DNA of 32,000 nucleotides from Okeania sp. (GTDB lineage Bacteria; Cyanobacteriota; Cyanobacteriia; Cyanobacteriales; Microcoleaceae): NCBI RefSeq assembly GCF_035285525.1, contig NZ_JAYKGW010000171.1, positions 30,001 to 62,000 of the forward strand, read 5' to 3'. Shown piece by piece: positions 25,343 to 32,000 of this stretch (position 1 is its first letter; each line of letters starts with the position of its first letter). The notes under the pieces were generated by a model. It saw only the letters and a program-made list of their open reading frames with translations, ran no database searches and was not told where the DNA came from. The position numbers and the translations under genes were made by a program.

Positions 25343-25960
25343 ATGAAAATTCAAAAAACAACTTTAATATTAATGTTAATAGCACTTACTTTAGGAGGAT
25401 TCGTTTACTTATTTGAAATTGTAGGTAAACAAAAGCAAGCAGAAATTCAAGAACAAAGAAAACGAGTGTTTGATTTTGAGGACGAACAAATTCAGGCTGT
25501 TACTATCAAACAAAAGTCAGGAATATTAACTTTAAAGATTGACGAACAAGCAGAAGAAAAATCTTGGAATATAACTGCACCTATAGCCAAAAAAGCTGAT
25601 TTACAAACAGTCGAATTTTTGTTAGATGAACTAGAAAATCTCAAAAGCGATCACTCAATTACTACTTCAGTTTCTCAGTTATCAGAATATGGTTTAGAAA
25701 AACCAGAAATAACTTTAGAAATTCAACTTAAAGATGGTAAAACAAATCGTTTATTTTTAGGTCAACCAGACTTTGATAATAGATTTATATATTCTCAATT
25801 AGAATTGGAGGGAGAAGCACCGGAAAAAGTATCTATTTTGTTGTTATCTATCAACTTCAAAAATATAATAACTAAACCAGTTTCTGAATGGGAAGAACAA
25901 GAAAAAATTGAAGAATCATCGGATAAAACAGAAGAATCTTTAGATAAAAAAGATGAGTGA
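25343..25960 (+). CDS. DUF4340-like small membrane-anchored protein
   Basis: 205 aa with an N-terminal TM segment (TLILMLIALTLGGFVYLF). The body (..W.ITAPI..KAD...VEFLLDEL.NLK......LSEYGLEKPEITLEI) fits the DUF4340 pattern that usually follows gldG-type genes. This call rests on family recollection only. Confidence 0.55.
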   Translation: MKIQKTTLILMLIALTLGGFVYLFEIVGKQKQAEIQEQRKRVFDFEDEQIQAVTIKQKSGILTLKIDEQAEEKSWNITAPIAKKADLQTVEFLLDELENLKSDHSITTSVSQLSEYGLEKPEITLEIQLKDGKTNRLFLGQPDFDNRFIYSQLELEGEAPEKVSILLLSINFKNIITKPVSEWEEQEKIEESSDKTEESLDKKDE

Positions 25961-26004
25961 TAAAATTAAAATTAATTTAGTATTCTAGAGGTATTTCCTG
26001 TTAT

Positions 26005-26302
26005 TTAAACAACAGCAAACTCAGTTAAATTAAGAGTTTCCAGATCGTAGAAAGGTAAAAGAATATCTTCTTTTGGTACATTTTCCCTTAATAACTCATT
26101 AGCAATTCCTTCTTCCGTCCAATCTTCCTGAATATAAATCTTCTCATTTTTAATCCGAATATAAACAGAAATTGCTTTAATTATTTGACCATTTTTCCAA
26201 CCAATATTAAACCAAGGATATTTACTTCTTTGGTCATTAAACATTAATAGCTAATCAATATCAGGAGCGATAACCTGTTTGATAATTAATCAATTTGTAC
26301 AT
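26005..26302 (-). pseudogene. xisI: xisI-family gene, disrupted
   Basis: The intact 79-aa ORF (26244-26005) reads ..FNDQRSKYPWFNIGWKNGQIIKAISVYIRIKNEKIYIQEDWTEEGIANELLRENVPKEDILLPF, which is the XisI core. The expected N-terminus MYKLINYQTGYRS-stop (ATG at 26302-26300) is in another frame. About 10 codons appear to be missing. Confidence 0.65.
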
Positions 26303-26799
26303 TTAATAATCTCCTCTTTTTTGACGTCAATTACTAATAGTATAATTTGATATTTTTGCAGTATTAATTCAATTGCAACTTGTACAAAAAAAAATCATAA
26401 ATTTCGCGATCAACTGCTAAATAAACTTGATAACTAGGATGTATAATATAGCAATGTGCGCACTTAATATTTACAAATTGCCGGAGGTGTCGAATAGCTA
26501 AAAACTTTATATTATAGGCTATTCATTCTTCCTCCATACCTGTTCCCTGTTGCCTCTTCCCTAAAAGCAGCGCTATAGAAAGAAATGTTTGATAAATTAA
26601 GTATTGTCCTAATGCTGTTTCAAATTCAAGCATCGGAGAGGGAGTCACAAAACTTTTAATTTCAATCACAATTTGTTGCCCTTCTCTGGTTGCAGAAATT
26701 GTTTTTTCACCAGCTATATCTGCAAACAATTTAACTTCTTCATATTTAATAGGATAAGGGTCATTTCAGTTATTAGTATCTCCTGAAATCAGGAGGCAT
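26290..26799 (-). pseudogene. xisH: xisH-family gene, fragmented
   Basis: Pieces read on the minus strand: NDPYPIKYEEVKLFADIAGEKTISATREGQQIVIEIKSFVTPSPMLEFETALGQYLIYQTFLS (about 26757-26577), with a TGA just upstream. Then an insertion estimated at about 120 bp (26427-26576 spans 150 nt where about 27 would be expected). Then VYLAVDREIYDFF (26426-26388). Then a stop and frameshift. Then IILLVIDVKKEEIIKCTN-stop, ending at 26290 and overlapping the xisI ATG as in intact pairs. Confidence 0.6.
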
Positions 26800-27114
26800 T
26801 GAGTTATAAATAAAACTTTTATTATATCATACTTTGACAATTATTGAAAAAAGATTCTTCCTTTGAATTTTTCTTTTCCTTCTACCTTCCTCTAAATTAT
26901 CGGAAGACTGAAATAAAGTCTGGTATAGCTATTACAGCCAAGATAGTTATACTTTATCTATAAAACAGACAAGATACCTGTTAGTGTTTTACTTCACTGA
27001 AGTGAAATGAACTACAAAGACCTTAAAAATAATTTAAAATACTAAACAATCTCATACTTAAATTTATTAAGACCCAATTTCCCAATCATATTCCCAAATT
27101 AAAACATAGCAATT

Positions 27115-28254
27115 ATGACTCAAACTGCACTAAATATTGGGACAACCCTAACCAAAACCCAAAACGACGTTGAATTGCGTAAAGTCTTCAAAGTATTTGA
27201 TGGCCATGCAGCAGTACGAGGCGTGGACTTCAATATTCGTCAAGGAGAATTTTTCAGTATTCTCGGCCCTTCTGGTTGTGGTAAAACTACCACATTACGC
27301 TTAATAGCTGGATTTGAAACCCCATCAGCAGGTGAAATAATGATTAGGGGTAAATCGATGAGCCAAATTCCGGCTTATCGTCGCCCAGTCAACACTGTTT
27401 TTCAAAGCTACGCTTTATTCAACCATCTAACTGTTGAAAATAACATTGCTTTTGGACTCCGAATCAAAGGTTTAGGAAAAGTAGAAACTGAGGAAAAGGT
27501 AGCACAAGCTCTACAGTTAGTGAAAATGGAGAAATTTGCCGAGCGCTATCCGAATCAAATATCTGGTGGACAACAACAACGGGTAGCTTTAGCTAGGGCT
27601 TTAGTAAATCGTCCAGCAGTATTATTATTAGATGAACCCCTTGGTGCCTTAGACTTGAAATTACGCAAACAAATGCAAATGGAATTGTCCAATTTACACC
27701 GAAATTTGGGGGTGACATTTGTAATGGTGACTCACGACCAGGAAGAGGCCATGAGTATGTCCGACCGTATTGCGGTAATGCACGAAGGCAGAATAGAGCA
27801 AATAGGTTCTCCCCAAGAAATTTATGAACGCCCCGCAAGTCCGTTTGTGGCAGATTTTATTGGAGATACAAATTTATTTCAAGGTCGGGTCGAATATAAT
27901 GATGACTCTCATCTGGTTGTGAAGACAAATAGTGGTCTGAAGATTTTTGTACAACAACCACAAGTGAGTCAAAAAAATGGAGAAATATATGGTGGTGCTT
28001 CAGTATTTGTAAGTGTGCGGCCAGAAAAGGTTAGTATAAGTCTTTATTCTCCAGATGTATCAGAAAATTGTTTTGAAGGCAGGTTAATTAATGTAATGTA
28101 TTTGGGAACTCATGTACATTATCAAGTAAATTTGTTGTCAGGCGAGCAGGTAATGGTGAGGCAACCAAATACTGAAGGAACATTGCCTGACCCCAATACT
28201 CCTATCTATGTTTATTGGGCAAAACACCATTGTTTGGCTTTAAGTGAATCATAA
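27115..28254 (+). CDS. potA: spermidine/putrescine-type ABC transporter ATP-binding protein
   Basis: Walker A GPSGCGKTT, Q-loop, signature ISGGQQQRVALARAL, Walker B LLLDEPLGALD and H-loop VTHDQ are all present. The C-terminal extension is a TOBE-like regulatory domain, typical of PotA/CysA-type importer ATPases. Confidence 0.88.
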   Translation: MTQTALNIGTTLTKTQNDVELRKVFKVFDGHAAVRGVDFNIRQGEFFSILGPSGCGKTTTLRLIAGFETPSAGEIMIRGKSMSQIPAYRRPVNTVFQSYALFNHLTVENNIAFGLRIKGLGKVETEEKVAQALQLVKMEKFAERYPNQISGGQQQRVALARALVNRPAVLLLDEPLGALDLKLRKQMQMELSNLHRNLGVTFVMVTHDQEEAMSMSDRIAVMHEGRIEQIGSPQEIYERPASPFVADFIGDTNLFQGRVEYNDDSHLVVKTNSGLKIFVQQPQVSQKNGEIYGGASVFVSVRPEKVSISLYSPDVSENCFEGRLINVMYLGTHVHYQVNLLSGEQVMVRQPNTEGTLPDPNTPIYVYWAKHHCLALSES

Positions 28255-28321
28255 AAAGTAATTAAACATATTTAAAACTTCAACCTAGACTTACTTGTGA
28301 CCTTGAACTTTTATAACTACC

Positions 28322-29479
28322 GTGCCTCCAACTAATTTACAGAAATACCAGCATGATGTAGCTAAATCAATTTACCCCAAAATTGGTAATAATTCTAGAC
28401 GTAAATTTTTGAAAGCGTCAGCAGCTACTATCGCAGTTTCAACTCTATCCAGTTGTGGTTGGAAATTAGCCGAAGTGAAATCCGATCCTCCAACACAGGG
28501 CGATCCAGATTCACTCTATATTTATACTTGGGCTGGCTACACAGATCAAGATATGCTTGATCGCTTCTACGATGAAACTGGAATTAAAGTAACCGCAGAT
28601 GTGTTTGACTCTAATGAATCAATGCTAGCTAGAATCCAAGCGGGAGGAGGTGGAGCTTATAGTATCATCTATCCATCTGACTATATGGTGAAAAAAATGG
28701 CTGGGCTAAATTTGCTGACAGAGTTAGACCAGTCTCTAATTATTGGTTTGGAGGATCTATTTCCTCAATTTCAAAACCCTATATACGATCCAGGTAATGC
28801 CTATAGTGTACCCGTAGCTTGGGGAACTACTGGTTTAATTTACAATAGCAAATTGTTACCAACAACTCCTGATGATTGGGAATATCTCTGGGAAAATCAA
28901 GATTTGGTATCAAAGCGGATGACTTTAATCAATGATGTCCGTGAGGTGATGGGGTGTACTTTAAGAAAATTAGGATATTCTTATAATTCTACTAATGAAG
29001 AACATATTAAGCAAGCTTATGAAGAGTTACTGAGACTCAAACCAGCGATCGCTTCTTTTACTACATATGGTTGGCAAGCTCAAATGTTGGTGGAAGATTT
29101 GTTGATTGCAATGTGTTATTCTTCTGATGCTGCGGAAGTTCAACCAGAAAATGAAGATTTAGAATATGTTGTTCCCAGTAGTGGTTCATCCTTGTGGACG
29201 GATACATTAGTCATTCCCAAAAATGCTCCTAACCGAGATGGTGCTTATCAATGGATTAACTTTATTTTACAGCCAGATGTAGCAGCTCAAGTTGTGGAAA
29301 GACTTAGTTTTGCCACAGCTTCTCGTGCAGCTTATGAAATGTTACCAGAAGAAATCAAAGAAGACCCTACTTTATTTGCTCCAGAGTCAGTTATTCAAAA
29401 CTGTGAAGGTATAGCTCCATTGGGTGAATCTTGGGAAGAAGTTTATGACAAATATTGGACTCAATTAACAAGTGGATAA
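28322..29479 (+). CDS. potD: polyamine-type (PotD/PotF family) substrate-binding lipoprotein
   Basis: SRRKFLKASAATIAVSTLSSCGW gives a twin-arginine motif plus a lipobox Cys. The body (LYIYTWAGYTDQ..F...TGIKV....FDSNE.MLA...AGGGGY..I.PSDY, ..WGTTG..YN, ..LWTD...IPK.A) matches PotD-like SBPs. There is no in-frame ATG nearby, so the GTG start is uncertain. Confidence 0.82.
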   Translation: MPPTNLQKYQHDVAKSIYPKIGNNSRRKFLKASAATIAVSTLSSCGWKLAEVKSDPPTQGDPDSLYIYTWAGYTDQDMLDRFYDETGIKVTADVFDSNESMLARIQAGGGGAYSIIYPSDYMVKKMAGLNLLTELDQSLIIGLEDLFPQFQNPIYDPGNAYSVPVAWGTTGLIYNSKLLPTTPDDWEYLWENQDLVSKRMTLINDVREVMGCTLRKLGYSYNSTNEEHIKQAYEELLRLKPAIASFTTYGWQAQMLVEDLLIAMCYSSDAAEVQPENEDLEYVVPSSGSSLWTDTLVIPKNAPNRDGAYQWINFILQPDVAAQVVERLSFATASRAAYEMLPEEIKEDPTLFAPESVIQNCEGIAPLGESWEEVYDKYWTQLTSG

Positions 29480-29483
29480 TTTA

Positions 29484-29724
29484 AGGAAGAAGGAAGAAGG
29501 AACAAGGAGGAAGGAGGAAGAAAAAAGGAGGAAGAAAGAAGACAAATTTCTAAGTTTATTTGAGGGAATTATTCTACCAACTTTTTTTTAAGTTATTAAG
29601 TTTTAAAAAGAGGAAGGAAGAAGAAGGAAGTAGATAAGGAAGAAGTAAATAAGGAAGAAGACAAGTTCCTAAGTTTATTTTATGGAATTATTCTACCAAC
29701 TTTTTTCAAGTTATTAAGTTTTCA
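29484..29724. repeat. tandem ~118-bp duplication; each unit is a 50-60-nt polypurine tract plus a conserved AT-rich tail
   Basis: GAAGACAA(A/G)TT(T/C)CTAAGTTTATTT..GGAATTATTCTACCAACTTTTTT..AAGTTATTAAGTTTT occurs at about 29538-29606 and 29656-29724. Each copy is preceded by a GGAAG/AGGAGG-rich run (29484-29541 and 29610-29661). Confidence 0.85.
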
Positions 29725-29791
29725 AATTTTAACTTGAACTGAAAGCTGATAATTAGACATCCTCAAAAATTAAAAATATCATCAATTAGTC

Positions 29792-29899
29792 TCCCCTATT
29801 CCCAGTTAAGTGTTCCCTGTTTCCTAGCGCCTAGCGCTATAATTACTCCCCCCTATTCCCAGTTAAGTGTTCCCTGTTCCCTAGCGCCTAGCGCCATAA
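29792..29899. repeat. two tandem ~52-bp units containing the inverted dispersed motif CCCAGTTAAGTGTTCCC and CTAGCGCCTAGCGC
   Basis: Units at 29792-29842 and 29847-29899. The second ends 7 nt before the potB ATG. Confidence 0.85.
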
Positions 29900-29905
29900 C
29901 TGATT

Positions 29906-30802
29906 ATGACTAAACCATCTATTCTTAATTCTCAGTCAAAAAATAATATAAGTCAAATATTTTCCAAAATTTTAGGTCCTACAGTTTTATTAGGTCCGGC
30001 AGGTGTATGGTTACTATTTTTATTAGTATTTCCAACTTTAGTAATTTTTGAGCTGAGTTTAGTCGAAAATATTCGACCAGGAGATTTAGTAATTCCTGAT
30101 GGTATTGCTAACTATTTACGAGTTTTTGAACCTCTGAATTTAAAAGTAATTTGGCGTTCAATATATTTAGCTATAGGTACAACAATTTTATGTTTATTAT
30201 TAGGTTTTCCTGTAGCTTATTGGATTGCTTTAATGTCACCCAAAAAATGGCGAAACTTACTTTTATTAGGTTTTGTTTTACCACTTTGGACTTCATCTTT
30301 GCTACGTTCTTATGCTTGGATTACAATTCTACGTCCTACTGGTGTATTAAATTCAATTATTGGGATTATCGGATTACCTCCTTTAGAAATATTGAATCGA
30401 ACTCCGGCAGTTTTAATAGGTATGAGTTACAGTTATTTACCTTATATTGTAACAGTTCTTTATGCCTCTTTAGAAAAATTAGACCGGAGATTATTAGAAG
30501 CATCATCAGATTTAGGTGCTACTCCTATCCAAACTTTTTGGAAAGTCACAGTTCCCCAAAGTTTACCTGGTATTGCAGCAGGTTCTTTATTAGTTTTTAT
30601 CATTTCTTTGGGAGATTTTGTAGACCCAGAATTATTAGGTGGAGCTTCAAGTATGACCGCTGCTCGATTAATTTATAATCAGTTTTTAGGAGCTACTCAA
30701 AATTGGGGTTTTGGTTCATCTTTGAGTATGGTGTTAATTTTAGGAGTGAGTATAGCGATCGCTCTCTTACTAAAATTTGGTGACGGTAGACCCTCTAAAT
30801 AA
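29906..30802 (+). CDS. potB: polyamine ABC transporter permease
   Basis: 298 aa with six hydrophobic segments and the EAA loop motif LLEASSDLGATPIQTFWKVTVPQSLPGI, typical of PotB/PotH-type MalFG-family permeases. Confidence 0.85.
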   Translation: MTKPSILNSQSKNNISQIFSKILGPTVLLGPAGVWLLFLLVFPTLVIFELSLVENIRPGDLVIPDGIANYLRVFEPLNLKVIWRSIYLAIGTTILCLLLGFPVAYWIALMSPKKWRNLLLLGFVLPLWTSSLLRSYAWITILRPTGVLNSIIGIIGLPPLEILNRTPAVLIGMSYSYLPYIVTVLYASLEKLDRRLLEASSDLGATPIQTFWKVTVPQSLPGIAAGSLLVFIISLGDFVDPELLGGASSMTAARLIYNQFLGATQNWGFGSSLSMVLILGVSIAIALLLKFGDGRPSK

Positions 30803-30994
30803 AGTCAAAAGTCAAAATTTATGCATTCAAAAGTAATATAGGAGTCAGCTATCAGCTAGTCTTATTCAGAGGAACTTCAAGTTATTAACTTAACTATCAC
30901 ACCAAATCAAGAATTAAAGCGCATAAATAATTTCATTCATCATCTTACCTTTAATTTGTAATTTGCTTGATTTGTTCAAAAGCTCAATACGAAT

Positions 30995-31050
30995 GCATTC
31001 CGCAGGAAGAGCTAATAACTAATAGCTGTTTGCACAGCATTCCGCAGGAA
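30995..31050. repeat. 14-mer GCATTCCGCAGGAA repeated 42 bp apart; the second copy is part of the imperfect palindrome AGCATTCC-gca-GGAAATGCT
   Basis: Copies at 30995-31008 and 31037-31050, inside the 470-bp potB-potC spacer. Confidence 0.7.
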
Positions 31051-31273
31051 ATGCTTACCGAATAGTTAATAATTAATAATTAAAAGTTGATAGTCAATAA
31101 TTATTCATTCAACAATTCACGTCTGGAAGCCTCCCCTATCCTAGGGAATAAATCAAAAATTTTCCTTTTAGTCAATCCCTTTCTTTGAAGAAGGGTTAAT
31201 TATTAATTATTAATTGTTATTAATTGCTAAAATATTTTTAACAAAAAATTAAGATTAACTAACAAGTTTCAAG

Positions 31274-32000
31274 ATGACAAATACAGTAACAACTAAAGAA
31301 GATGATATCCCAATAGATATGTCTAAATCTCAACTTAAACTTCAGATTTCTTGGCAGGTAATATTTACAATTTCCATGTTTTTGTTCATGTACTTGCCGA
31401 TTTTTGTATTAACTTTTTATAGTTTTAATAAATCCAAATATAGTGCCGGATGGGAAGGTTTTACCCTGCAATGGTATGTCAAACTTTTTCAAGATACAAG
31501 AATTTTAACTGCTCTCCAAACCAGTTTAACTGTAGCTATTTTGGCTGTAGCTGTTTCAGCAGTTATTGGTACTTTAATGGCAGTAGGTTTAGCCAAATAT
31601 AAATTTCGTGGTAAGTCCTTATATTTAGGTATTTCTTATTTGCCATTAATTATTCCTGATATCGCGATCGCTGTAGCTACTTTAGTATTCTTAGCTGCAT
31701 TAGCTATTAGATTAAGTTTATGGACAATTATTGCCGCCCATATTGTTTTTTGTTTAGCTTATGTAGGCTTAGTTGTTTCCACCAGATTAGCAGATTTAGA
31801 CCCTAATTTAGAAGAAGCTGCCCTTGATTTAGGAGCAACCCCATTAGAAGCTTTTATCAAAGTATTATTACCTCAATTAATACCAGGAATTGTGTCTGGA
31901 TGTCTATTAGCTTTTGTACTAAGTATGGATGATTTTTTAATATCTAGTTTTACCGCAGGGAGTGGCGCAACCACATTGCCAATGGAAATTTTTAGTCGGA
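31274..32000 (+). CDS. potC: polyamine ABC transporter permease, 3' end runs off the window
   Basis: Not in the track because it is open at the edge. My translation from ATG 31274 gives MTNTVTTKEDDIPIDMSKSQLKLQISWQVIFTISMFLFMYLPIFVLTFYSFNKSKYSAGWEGFTLQWYVKLFQD..LEEAALDLGATPLEAFIKVLLPQLIPGI..LSMDDFLISSFTAGSGATTLPMEIFSR. It has an EAA loop and PotC-like N-terminal motifs, and stays open for 242 codons. Confidence 0.85.
   Translation, partial: MTNTVTTKEDDIPIDMSKSQLKLQISWQVIFTISMFLFMYLPIFVLTFYSFNKSKYSAGWEGFTLQWYVKLFQDTRILTALQTSLTVAILAVAVSAVIGTLMAVGLAKYKFRGKSLYLGISYLPLIIPDIAIAVATLVFLAALAIRLSLWTIIAAHIVFCLAYVGLVVSTRLADLDPNLEEAALDLGATPLEAFIKVLLPQLIPGIVSGCLLAFVLSMDDFLISSFTAGSGATTLPMEIFSR

Noticed and set aside
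26005-26799. xisH/xisI as evidence of an excision element, prophage or genomic-island border.
   Set aside because: No site-specific recombinase (xisA/xisC/xisF-type), integrase or att-like flanking repeats occur in the window. Both genes are decayed. xisHI pairs are common as stand-alone loci in cyanobacteria.
27115-28254. Whether the only ABC ATPase in the window could be the T1SS exporter for the giant protein.
   Set aside because: It has no transmembrane or C39/CLD domain and carries an importer-type C-terminal regulatory domain. It is followed by PotD/B/C-type import components, so it is an importer ATPase.
1629-30678. Embedded ORFs 1629-1820(-), 2377-2574(+), 27593-27838(-) and 30151-30678(+).
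   Set aside because: Each overlaps a confidently identified gene (trmD, the GldG-like gene, potA, potB) in another frame or strand, and none has recognisable features.

Overview
The window looks like AT-rich chromosomal DNA from a cyanobacterium, probably Nostocales-like. Evidence for that: at least nine perfect HIP1 sites GCGATCGC (e.g. 201-208, 11665-11672, 18679-18686, 24946-24953, 29045-29052, 31664-31671), a cyanophycinase gene, decayed xisH/xisI genes, and intergenic regions full of small inverted-repeat and dispersed elements. Gene content from left to right: cphB (minus strand, runs off the left edge), trmD, a GldG-family ABC-auxiliary membrane protein, one giant ORF (4602-25169, 6,855 aa, 64 percent of the window), a DUF4340-like small membrane protein, xisI and xisH pseudogenes (minus strand), then a polyamine-type ABC transporter cluster in the order potA-potD-potB-potC, with potC running off the right edge. 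The giant ORF is the object of interest. It reads as a type-I-secretion (RTX) mosaic megaprotein. Its parts, in order: an N-terminal DUF4347-type domain, beta-gamma-crystallin-like, PA14, Calx-beta, LamG, two Asp-box jelly-roll modules, a 7x55-aa propeller-like array, FG-GAP repeats, two PPC domains, about 1,500 aa with no family I can name, a first RTX block with what looks like a vestigial C-terminus, two tandem AapJ/NatF-type amino-acid-binding (family 3 SBP) domains, an acidic linker, and a second RTX block with the real C-terminus. I found only one cysteine in the whole protein. It sits in a caspase-like His-Gly...Cys arrangement in the N-terminal domain. No T1SS ABC/MFP/TolC genes, CRISPR arrays, tRNA or rRNA genes were seen. 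All domain boundaries inside the giant ORF are approximate, read by eye from the translation. No searches or computations were run.
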